Positions 21,401-37,249 of a stretch of DNA of 63,862 nt are shown in pieces (positions within the stretch are counted from its first letter, which is position 1; every line of letters begins with the position of its first letter). The DNA is taken from the NCBI RefSeq assembly GCF_011386835.1, contig NC_088807.1:19406139-19470000 (forward strand). Reading direction: 5' to 3'. This DNA comes from Chrysemys picta bellii (taxonomy: Eukaryota). The position numbers and the translations under genes were made by a program. Below the pieces are notes generated by a model, which was not told where the DNA came from, ran no database searches, and saw only the letters and a program-made list of their open reading frames with translations.

Positions 21401-23197
21401 CCCCCACCCAGATGTTAAGGCCCCGAACCATCGGCCACTCTGTTGTGGGCGTAGGAACAGGGCCAGCCCAGCGCTACGGGCCAGAGGGTCCCGTTGTGAC
21501 TGGCTCGGCTGGTCCTCCTCCTTCCCAGCTCTCCCTGTGGCGGGACGTCTCCCACAATGCCCTGCTGGGACTGCTTGCTGTGTGGCCCAGACCTTCCCAG
21601 AATGCACTGGGGCATAATGCACAGCGGGGCGGGACGTTTCCCAGTATGCATCGCTGGTGCCACGCTGCATCCCATTGGCCCAGGCACGCTGGGCATTTCC
21701 CAGAATGCACTGGGGCAGGTGACGCATCGAGGGTGGGGGCAGGACTCTGTCGCCCCCTGCTGGTTGGTCCGGCTCAGAGGATAAAACCCTCCAGCCGCTG
21801 CCGGCTGAGGGAGCTCCCCCACCAGCCCAAGCAGCGTCTAGTGCTGAGCTTGGCAGGCCCAAACCTCGCGGGCAGGGGCAGGGGCGTGGCTCAGCTGTGG
21901 GGGTGGCACCGGGCTCTGTCAGTGGGATTTAACTGGGTTTGTTTTTCAAGGTCTCGCCCTGTGGATCCCACAAGAAGCTGCTGCCCTGGCTGGGGACACC
22001 GACGACCCATCTGAGCCCCTTCCCACCCTGGCCGAGATCCCTCCCGTCCCAGCAGCTCCCGACCTGACTGGGGACCCCGACACCCCAGCTGAGTCCCCTC
22101 CCACCCTGCCCGACATCCCTCCAGTCCTCACAGCTCCCGACCTGACTGGGGACCCCGACACTCCATCTGAGCCCCCTTCCTTCCCGGTAGCTCCCGACTT
22201 GACTGGGGACCCCGACTCCGCAGCTGAGCTCCCTCCCACCCTGCCCGAGATCCCTCCAGTCCTCACAGCTCCCGACCTGACTGGGGACCCCGACACTCCA
22301 TCTGAGCCCCCTTCCTTCCCGGCAGCTCCCGACTTGACTGGGGACCCCGACTCCGCAGCTGAGCTCCCTCCCACCCTGCCCGAGATCCCTCCAGTCCTCA
22401 CAGCTCCCGACCCGGCTGGGGACCCCAAAGTCCCAGTCAAGCCCCCTCCCACCTTCGTGGCTCCGAGATGGGGGCCGAGCCTCCAGGCCATGCAGCGCCC
22501 AGAGGCTGCCCGACCTGAAGCCAGCTGGGAGTTACCTGACTTGGTGCCCAGCGCCCCCGTGGTTCTCCCAGCATCGGGGCCGTGCAGCAGGTCGTGGCTC
22601 TGGCTTGGGGCAGAGTCCCCCCTCGCCCCGGCTGATCCCGGTGCTGCTGCTCGCCCGGTCGTGTACCCTCCCACCCGGGAGGTCCCCCCGGCCCCCGCTG
22701 CAGCCCCAGAGTCGCCCTCCCTGTGCCCAGCGGCACCGGGGCCACCCCAGGCCCGGCTCAAGCGGGTCCAGTTGGTGCCTCCCTTCCAAGACCACCCTTT
22801 GGCTGGGGATGCCTCTCGGGCACAGCCGGTCCCTAAAGCCGTGGGTCAGAACCAGGGCACATCAGCGGCTGTGGGATCCCCTGTGGGCCCGATCCCTGCA
22901 GATCCATCCACGGGCCAGGCCGTCTCCCCTATTAAGCAGCTCTCAGGGGTGGCCCCGGATCCCCTCCCTCCTCCAGAGGCCAGTGTCTCAGCGACCCCCG
23001 AGCAGGGCTGGCCAGACACCGGGCGCCCTGGTTCAGGTGGAGATATCGGCTCTCCTGTTGACCCCTTGCTGCGCTGCCATCCGGCCCAGCCGGTCCCCTC
23101 TGCAGGGACGACCCCGCCGGGCCCGTGGGCCGGGATCCCCTCGGCCCCACCGGCCCACTCGCCGCCACACCACACCGACACCTGCATTCTCCTATAG
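3485..23197 (+). CDS. Gene A: uncharacterised multi-LOTUS (OST-HTH) protein, 8 intact LOTUS exons plus Pro-rich linkers and C-terminal CaaX (CILL); ~1,600 aa if all exons are joined; start exon not found
   Basis: AG/GT-bounded exons: 3485-3658, 4675-4851, 5577-5756, 8048-8224, 8617-8853*, 9051-9278*, 10883-11014, 11919-12146*, 13753-13980*, 14432-14563, 15196-15423*, 15813-16151*, 16642-16770, 19800-20030*, 20492-21259* and terminal 21951-23197 (*=LOTUS). Every internal exon is phase 1-1, a multiple of 3 and stop-free. AATAAA at 23295-23300. Confidence 0.72.
5085..5340. repeat. 63-bp minisatellite (~4 tandem copies; further single copies near 5940-6050, 8410-8500, 8920-9000)
   Basis: Unit CATGCAGGGAAAATGTGGCCAATGGCCTGTCCATATCCTACCACCCAGCCATCTCTGCCCCAGGG. 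Confidence 0.9.
6087..6313 (+). pseudogene. Decayed LOTUS exon (duplicate of 9051-9278)
   Basis: Near-identical to 9051-9278 but 1 nt shorter (ctacagggctgg vs ctgcaggggctgg), which shifts the frame. The donor is mutated from G|GTGAGG to G|ATGAGG at 6314. Confidence 0.75.
6586..6708. mobile_element. hAT-family MITE
   Basis: TIRs TAGGGTGACCAGAT / ATCTGGTCACCCTA with an 8-bp TSD CTTTCAGG (6578-6585, 6709-6716). Confidence 0.9.
8617..8853 (+). CDS. LOTUS/OST-HTH exon, gene A (79 codons)
   Basis: gtgcag|...|gtgagt. VSHTLRCHPKGMRVKPLTKRLRKEHGVDLLAFSQDGGYQGVVSFLQEMPGIEL fits the LOTUS pattern (L..hP.G..l..L......G.dL.....GY..l..fL..mP.v.l). Confidence 0.82.
9051..9278 (+). CDS. LOTUS/OST-HTH exon, gene A (76 codons)
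   Basis: ttgccag|...|gtgagg. LCSTLGSFPNGLRVFSLRKAMWQRHGVNLEEFSQQQGYLSTLDYLTRLRGIRL. Confidence 0.78.
11919..12146 (+). CDS. LOTUS/OST-HTH exon, gene A (triplicated, copy 1)
   Basis: gtggcag|...|gtaggt. VRDVLGRFPLGLKVGKLKEALRSERGLDLEELSRLRGCGDALHLLRALPHLWL. Confidence 0.8.
12252..12380 (-). mobile_element. Penelope-like retroelement terminal fragment with a degenerate minimal hammerhead ribozyme motif
   Basis: gagtacttgtcgcaccttagagactaacaaatttatt... is the end sequence I recall for turtle PLEs. The minus strand 12321-12364 reads CCGATGAA-GTGGGGTTTAGCCCAC-GAAA-GCTTATGC-AC. Confidence 0.65.
12752..13047. mobile_element. PIF/Harbinger-like non-autonomous element
   Basis: Imperfect TIRs GGGTACGTCCAGACT / AGTGTAGACCAGCCC, a 3-bp AAA flank on both sides and a CpG-rich, partly palindromic interior. 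Confidence 0.6.
13145..13350. mobile_element. Tc1/mariner (Tigger-like) MITE
   Basis: TIRs CACCTCTACCCCG / CGGGGTAGAGGTG flanked by TA on both sides. Confidence 0.8.
13753..13980 (+). CDS. LOTUS/OST-HTH exon, gene A (triplicated, copy 2)
   Basis: Same splice sites and length as 11919-12146; 10 substitutions by eye and no stop. Confidence 0.78.
15196..15423 (+). CDS. LOTUS/OST-HTH exon, gene A (triplicated, copy 3)
   Basis: Same splice sites and length as 11919-12146; intact frame. Confidence 0.78.
15813..16151 (+). CDS. Linker + LOTUS/OST-HTH exon, gene A (113 codons)
   Basis: ctcttcag|...|gtaggg. LIRGALAPYPFGMRVKNLRKLLVGKHGAELEAFSQARGYGDVVSFLRDVPGLTL. Confidence 0.83.
16772..16861. mobile_element. 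hAT-family MITE inserted at a splice donor of gene A
   Basis: TIRs TAGGGTGACCAGA / TCTGGGCACCCTA; 8-bp TSD GAGAGAAG (16764-16771, 16862-16869). Confidence 0.88.
17258..18960 (-). mobile_element. 5'-truncated CR1 LINE, interrupted by a solo LTR
   Basis: ORF 18539..18850 (DLGVMVDHKLNTSQQCHAVAKKPNIILGCISRSVVSKTREIILPLYSAMIRPQLEYWVQFW) is the CR1 ORF2 C-terminus. The 3' end lies near 17258. Confidence 0.9.
17372..18257 (-). mobile_element. Solo LTR (Gypsy-type) inside CR1
   Basis: TA(TG)TC...ATCACA ends with a 5-bp TSD CCTGC (17367-17371, 18258-18262). Related to the 42742-44798 LTR in the opposite orientation. Confidence 0.8.
19800..20030 (+). CDS. LOTUS/OST-HTH exon, gene A (77 codons)
   Basis: ctgtgcag|...|gtacga. 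LLKCLLRPYKSGLQLQKLQELLLERHGLDLKRFVSSQGEEDVLGFLQRRLPALEY. Confidence 0.8.
20492..21259 (+). CDS. Pro-rich + 20-aa repeat + LOTUS exon, gene A (256 codons)
   Basis: ccccag|...|gtacgt. Three to four copies of RAEEGTQESGARPASAPLVL, then LKRKVGAILAGHPGGMSLFQFRAAYSAAHQHPLPLGCTASTKQRLAQMPDVVRMQG. Confidence 0.82.
21951..23197 (+). CDS. Terminal coding exon of gene A: acidic/Pro-rich repeats ending in CaaX (DTCILL*)
   Basis: Acceptor tttttcaag| at 21950; the phase-1 frame is continuous with ORF 22199..23197. Stop TAG 23195-23197; AATAAA 23295. Confidence 0.78.
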
Positions 23198-26100
23198 CCA
23201 CCGCTGGCAACTCGGGCTGGTGGCTCTGGGGTGGAGCAGGTCGGCCTGCGGCCAACTCAGCACAACGCCCGGAGCTCTGCAGGAGAGGTCGGGAAATAAA
23301 CCCCTGTGATTTCTCGAGCAGGGGGCACTGGGGCATTTCAGCCCCCCCACCCCAGTCTCCTGGGCACTGGGGCTTTTCTCCCCCCAGGACTGATCTCTTT
23401 ATCTAGTGGACTTGAAAACGTTGGCTTACAACTCTAAAGAAGCGGCCACTGACTATTTTCAGTGGGAGATGGCTTAATTTGAGGACTCCCAACTCCAGAC
23501 CCGCCCTGAGACCCCCCCTCCATCGAATCACGAGTGCTCGTTGGTTCTGGAAACCAGTCGTGGCTTTTCAACCGACTGTTGCCCCAAACCGGTGGCCACT
23601 TGCCGAAATCGGTGGCCAGCCACCAACGTCTCAGGGAAAGCGGCCTGCGCTCCGTGTGCAGCATTGACATTTTAGCGATTAAATTTTCTAACAAGCGCCA
23701 GCCAAAGCTCCCGTGTGGTTTGGTTTCGCCGGCGTCTCTCGAAGTCGCGGGCGCCTGTAACTCTTCGCTTGCCGCGGCTTCGCTTGGCCTCTGCCTTTGT
23801 TCCGGCGACCGAATTACTTCTGCAGCGCCAGCAGGTGACCGCGGGGGCGTCGCTTTGCCGCTCCGTGCCTCGGTTTCCCCAAGCTGCAGGATGGGATTAA
23901 TGATCGTGACCTGCCGGGTAAAATGTACTGATTGTTTTGACATGTACTGATGAAAAGCCCTTCCCAAGCTGGAGGGAGGGAGGGGGAGAGAGAGAGAGAG
24001 AGTGTGTGTGTGTGTGTGTCTTTGCAAAATCTCCCACAATGCACTGGAGGGGCAGTGTGAAGGGGAATCAATTGTCCATCCCCCTCACCCCCTAGGGGCC
24101 ATGCCCGAGACAGAGCGCCCGCCCCTCTGCCCACTGAGCCCAAAGACAGCGTCTGCCCTCCAAGACAGATCATCCCCCAACACAGGAATTTTGGTGCTTA
24201 CTGCCCCCCCCATCCCTGGAGTATCTGTCCCATGCCCCCCCTCCCAGAGCATCTTCACATCCTTCCCCCAAATCTCCCCCCATGGGGCTCAGCTTGATTT
24301 AGCCACAGGCTATTCCAGGCCCTACTCATTGCATGTGTAGGGGGGGAGCCAAACTGGGAGGGGGGCTTGAGGTGCCCCCTAGCCTCCCCCATGGGAGTTT
24401 GAGGTGGACAGGCCGTGGTGGGGGATCTATCTCATCTAGCTCCCCCGCCCCCCAAAGAGTCAGAGCTGGGGGGGGGGTGTTTTCCCACCAACCATCTCTG
24501 TTAAGCGGGGCAGCTCTGGCCTGGGGGTGTGTGTGTGAAGATCGGGGGGGGCAGAGGGAAGGAGAGGCAGTGCCCCTCCCCTGTGGTCATGGGGCAGGTT
24601 CAGGAGCTGGGAGTCTGAGGGGGGCAGTAGGGCTGTGGGGGGTGTGTGGATGAGGTGTTTGGGAGGGGCAGATGGGGAGGAAGCTGGGGCGGGGCTCTTT
24701 CCCCTGTAGCCATTGTCCCCCCCCCCCCCCCAACAGTCGGCCATCTTTGCTGTGGGCAGCATGGCCTCAGATTTCCACCGTCCCCCTTTTAGGCACTGGG
24801 TTCTAGAGAGACCCCTCCGTCGCCCCTTCTTGGCCCGGGCCGTTAGGTGCCAGGCGGGGCCCTGTGGGTTGTTTCACTGGGGAACAGAAACAGATGGTCT
24901 GAATCTTGTGTTTCCCCCCTGGTGCTGTCCCGTTTGCTTGCGAGGAAGGTGTGCCGAATCCCATTTCCAGCGGGACCAACCAACCACAGGCAGATGTCTC
25001 CTTCCTCACAATGTCGAGTCCACCTTCCCCGTGGGTTCTGGGCCCACCAGAAGCTCACTCTTCGCTGGCTTTCTGCTCTCTTTCGTGCCGCTTGTTAAAC
25101 CAGCCCATGGTCCCTGGGTTAGTTATTGCTGCCTTGGGCAGTGACTTCTTCTGTTTACAGTATCACTGGCATTTAATTGCTCCTTCTTTATAGGTCAAAG
25201 CCTGGCTTCATTGAATCTAAGCCCAGATGGGACCATTGGGATCACCTAGCCCGACACAGGTCATAGGGTTGCCCTGAAATAACTCCTGTGCGAACTAGAG
25301 CAGATCTTTTAGGGAAAGGGCCCATCTTGATTTAAAAATGGCCACTGATGGGGAATCCATTGGTCATTCGGGTGGTTAATTCCCCTCCCTAGGAACAATT
25401 CACACCTTCTTCCCAGTCGGGATGGGTTTGGCTTCAATGTCCAGCCGTGGGGTGGTGTCAGACTAGACTGAATCAACGATTATCCCATTTCCCTTCCCCG
25501 TGGGGTCCTATACCCTTGGGCCCCTCTAATCCCTCCATCTCTCTGCGTGGCCAGGAGGCTGGACCCAGGCATGTGGAGCAGAGAATCTCTCGGGGGGCAA
25601 GCCCCTTGGGAGCACAACCACCCCGGCCCCAAACACTCCTGCTAATGGCTGCACCCCAAGATTGAACCCCCAACCCTGTGAGAGCAACTGCCCCTGAGCT
25701 GGGCATGTTGGGCTCCATGCGGAGCAGCCACTGGAAGGAGCTGGGGTATCGGGGGAGGGGGGCCGAGGGTGAGTTTAGGGAGAAGGTTCGGGGGAGGGGG
25801 CCTGAGGGTGAGTGTGGGGGGGCAGGTTTGGGGGCAGGGGCCCGGGCAGGCTCAGAGGAGGGGGGCTGGGCTGCACAGGGGGCAGGCTCGGGGGAGGGGG
25901 CCCGAAGGTGAGTTTGGGGGGGCAGGCTCGGGGGTTGCAGGATCCCATGGCAGCCCAACCAGTCCGGCAGGTTCGTGTTATCTTGGCGCTGGGGCCTGGG
26001 GATTCTGGTAACAACCATCCGGCTGCCAGGCCCTGCACCTGGCTCCCGCCCAGATCCGGGATGCTGCCGGCGGCGGCTCGGTGCCAGGGGCTGCCAGGCA

Positions 26101-28184
26101 GGTGCTGCCCCCCACCCCAGTGGGATGGGGGGTGACGGACCGGTTAGCCCCAGAGCAAACCTCCAGATCTCGCAGTCCGGCCCTGAACACCCCCTGCACC
26201 ATGGAGGGGTTTGGCCAGGGCTAGGCCCTGCCTCCCCAGCTCTGGGAGTGGAGTGTGGGCTAGTGGTTAGAGCAGGGGGCTGGGAGCCAGGACTCCTGGG
26301 TTCTCTCCCTGGCTCTGGGAGGGGAGTGGGGGCTAGTGGTTAGAGCCGGGGGAGGGTTGGGAGCCAGGAGGCCTGGGTTCCCTTTTGACTCTTTCCTGGC
26401 CTCCTTTGCACAGCCCTGGAGGACCCCCGCTGCCAACTCAGGGGTGATTATTTGGTGCCACCCCAAGGTGAAGTGCCTCCGGCCCCATTCGTCACCTGCC
26501 GCCCAGGTGCCATCCCCGCGCCCGCCCTGTTTGCTCAGCGGGCAGGGTGAGGGCCCAGCTGCTTTCCCCTTTAACTTCCAAGGAAGTTCTGGGCCCAGCT
26601 CCAAGGCCTGCCTGGGGGGCCGGGGGGCGGGGCTGGCAGAGCCCAGGGGGAGGAGCGCAGCCTGGGGAATCATTAACAGGGACAGGACAAAGCGCCGGGC
26701 GGAGGATATGAACCCGGATCCCTGGGGCAGGTAGGTGTGGGTTGCAGTGGTTAGAGCAGGGGGGCTGGGAGCCAGGACTCCTGGGTTCTCTCCCCGGGTC
26801 TAGGAGGGGAGTGGGGGCTGGTGGTTAGAGCAGGGGGACTGGGAGCCAGGACTTGGTTCTTGGCGGGGAATGGGGGCCTGGGCCCCATTATGGCTCTTTC
26901 TTGCTGGTCTTCCCCATTCCTCGATTTTACGAGATTAATCCCTGGCAGGGCTGGTTCTGTTTGTTTGCAGGAAACTATGCCCTGGTGATGAGGTTTTTCC
27001 TTGTTGGGAGTCTGGGGGGGCGGGAAGGGGAGCGTCTATGGTCTATGAGAGAACCCCAGCCACCCGGCTCAAACCACTGGACCCCCACTCCCCTCCCAGA
27101 GCCAGGGATAGAACCCAGGCGTCCTGTTTCCCAGCTCCCTCCTTCTCTAACCACTAGCCCCCACTCCCCTCCCAGAGCCAGGGAGAGAACCCAGGCGTCC
27201 TGGCTCCTAGCCCCCTCCCCCCCGCTCTAACCATTGCACCTCATGCCCTGTCCAGCCCATAGCCCTATAACTCACAGAAATGGAGGTGGGAAACCAAAAA
27301 CACACCCTTTGAATCTAATCTTATCGCGCCTTCCGCTGCAGCGCCCGGCCGTGACCAGGGCGGTGGGGTGTGTCTCTCTTCCCCAAAGCTGGGATCTTGC
27401 CCTGAAGCCTTGTCTCCCTCCCTCTAGGGCCTTCGACCGGCGGAGCCCCCCAGGGCAGGAACCCGATTGCCGAGGGCTGGGTCCCGGGGGCACTCATAGG
27501 TGCAAATTGGCCCAGGGGAGGTCTGTGCCAGCATGACAGAGGCACCCGTCTGTTTTAGATACTCCTCACTGTGGTATCTGGGGAAACTGAGGCACGGAGA
27601 GACCAGGGCCATAGCGCAGCAGGACCTTGAACCCAGGTCTCCCCAGTCTGAGGCTGTCCTTCTGACCCCTAGCCCAGCCTAACGTCTGCCCCCCAGGCCA
27701 GACAGGGGCGGGGTCCAGCTGTGAGGTGCCCCAGGACAGAGACACCCCTTGGTGTGGGGGTGTTTCCCTACAGATGTCGCTACCTCCTAGGACTGCACCG
27801 CTGGAGGTGCAGGGTGCTGCACGTTGGGGCTTGCGGCGAACCGAACGTGGATTAGGCGCCATGCTTTGGACAGGGGACGGGAAGGACTGACGACTGTCAA
27901 CTCTGTCTGGGCAGTGCCCGGCCCGACGGGGCCCCGATCTCGGTGACTCCGTGTCTGGGCAGCGCCCGGCCCGATGGGGCCCCGATCTCGGTGACTCTGT
28001 CTGGGCAGCGCCTGGTGCAGAGAGAGAGGACTGATCATCTGACCTGGTTGCCAGGTTGGTTGGCAGAGAGCAGGGTGTGTTGGGGAGGTGTCTGTGTGTG
28101 TATTTATTTTGTCTGTCTCTCTGATTGTGTGTGTGTGTGTTGGGGGGGTGCCCCCCAACCCCAGCCCCACTCACCACGGGGCCC

Positions 28185-34550
<6,366 letters not shown>

Positions 34551-37249
34551 ACGGGCACCTACCAGTATCAGCCGGCCGAGGGGGGGGAAATGAGACACCC
34601 CCCCCCCCCCCATCTCCCCAGGCTGCTCCCAACTGGGGCAGGCCAGTAGGTTACACCGGACCCAGCGTGTGAGCAGGAGGGAGTTATATTGGTGTTACTG
34701 GGAGGAAGCAGAGCCGGCGTATGGGCTATACGGGAACGCCCTGAATGCTCCGGGCCTTGTTTTCAGCCCGGGGTTTAACTGGGGTTGGAAAGTCATTGGA
34801 ATCAACCCAGCCCTGGGAGCCACGGTACTGGTGTTACGGGGAGGAACTGGGGGGCGTGGTGGAGGCCAGGGCTCGGTGCTTTGCAGCCCTGCGAGTGGGC
34901 GAGTACGGATTATACTGGGACACGAAACTGGGAGGTGGAGGATGATTTTGGGCAGCTCTGCACCACGCGGGGCCCAGGGCTGGCAGGCAACAGGAATGCC
35001 CCCCCCCCCCATGGCACTGCTGGAGCTAATGTGTGGGTGTGGGGGGGCTGATTAAACTGGCATGAGCTGGGAGCGCATATTTCCTCCCACACCTCAGGGG
35101 TGAACTGGACTGGAACCGGGCAGCTACGGGGGTGCTGGAGCGTTACTGGGAGCAGCTGGGACAATGGGACTGGTTTGGGGAGAGGGGGCTAGGGGAAGCC
35201 CCTGGAGCATTTCCAGGCAGGGCTGGTGGCTATACTGGGATGAACTGGGATTCCAGTGCCACACCAGAGGGCTGGGGAGCAGCGCTGTGAAGGAGCCGGA
35301 GCCCAAGCAACTGGGACAAGAACTGGGTTTTAATAGGGTCTAGGGGTTAGAGCAGGAATGGGCTAGCAGCCAGGACTCCTGGGTTCTAGCCCCCTGCTCA
35401 GAGATGGGGGGTCCAGTGGTTAGAGCAGGGGGGGTGGTTTGGAAACCTGGGTTCTATTGCCAGGTTGCATGCTGATGAGGGATGATAATTATGTACAAAA
35501 CACCAGAACAAATTGTCTTTTCCCGTTGAAAGAGCGAGTTTTGTTTCCTTGCGGCATTTACCCTCCACCTGCTGGTTTGGGACCCTGGAGCAAGGGCCCC
35601 ATCAGGGACTAGAGGCCCAGCTCCCGGAGTCACAAGACCATTGTTGGGTCTCCACTGTCAATTAACAAGGCACCTCCTGGCCTCTGAGCCTTGGGAGAAA
35701 GATTGAGGGGTGGGACAGGGAGAAACGGGACTGACCCCTTGCTGGGGTCTGAGGGAGCTTGAGCCAACTGCTCCCCCCTGGGGGGCTTGCTATGGGGTGG
35801 GGCCTTCTCTCCCAGCCCCACTGCTCTGGGCCTCTATGGGGCAGAAGGGAAAGATGCCTTCACATTCTCTTCCCCCCCCCCCCCCCATCAGAGAAACCGC
35901 AGGGCTGCCAATGGGAGGTGGCAGGAGCCCCCCTGCAGTGGTATCCCCTAGGCCCCTCCCCCCACACCAAGTGGCCCTGGCCCCACGAGGAGAGAGACAG
36001 GGTGGGAGCTCAGGGACCCTCGCCTTTGCATCAGACTTGCTCTGTCCGGCCTCTCGGCTCCCTCCCGCACTCCCAGCTTGGGGGCAGCACTCCCCCCACA
36101 GGAAGGTCAGCAGGAGTTGGGGTCCACGGGGCTGCAGAGAAGAAAAACGGGGAGGTGGGCTCAGGGGGACCCCAAAAATGGGACCACAGGCACCTCCAAC
36201 ATCCTCCTTCTGCCCACTAAGCGCTTCCGGGCTCTTGCCACCTTAGAAGTATCAGACTCACAGGTCATGCCCACTCTTGGCCCTGTGTGGTCTGTGTGTG
36301 GGGGTGCCTCAGTGCGACAGCCCTCCTTGGGGGTCCACTCTCTCTGGACCCCTGGGGCCTCCACCCCCCCAAAGGGGTTGATGCCACCCTGTTCTCTTGA
36401 CTGGAGCAACTCTGAGAGCATAAAACAGGAGGCACCAGAGCGAATGTCTACTTTCCACAGGGTAACAACCTATTACTGATGCCGGCAGCAGACACACGTT
36501 TCAGAGCTGTTTGGGTCTTGCGCAGGGCTTGTTGAGAGAAGTGTAGGGGCACATTTGCTGAGGCTCCACCCCCACCCATTTCACTCCAATTACAGGCAAG
36601 TTGTGGGGGGCCCAAAGCCCTGGTACAACTGTCCCCACTTTCATAAGCCCTGGACATCCCCCCACCCCCTTGGGGCATGAGCAGGGATCGAACACACAAC
36701 TAGAGCCAGAGGAGGTGGGTTTTCCATATTACAGGAAATGCCATGGCTTTGAAGTTTCAGCTGTTCTGAAACATTTTTCACAATTTCCTCCAAAACTATA
36801 GTTTTTTAAATACACAAAAGGGTTTTTTATTTTTTGAAAAAAGAGGGAGTCAAAACTTGGCCCTCCTGCGTTTGGATTTTTATCATAACCAAGTGTTTTG
36901 ATCGACCAGGCCCTGGTCTTTGGAGGAAAAACATTTGGAGGAAAAATGGCAACCGTTGAGTGCCTCGTTTGACCTCTCATAAAAAAAGCTGATAGCAAAC
37001 AATGAATTTTTTTTTGGGGGGGGGGGGGGAGAAAGGGGAAGAAAAATCAAAAGATTCTCCTCCCAAAGCACCAAGTTCCCCCCCCCCCAAATGAAATTTC
37101 ATCCAAGTCAGACACATGCGTTTTCCTAAGCGTTTTTGTTTTCAGGGAGCGGGGGATCAAAATCCCTTTTGATGAAAACCCAGCCGGCTTCACACCCCAC
37201 CTCCAGGGAAGGAGGAACCAGGTTGCCAGGCCAGATGGGCCCATGGTGA

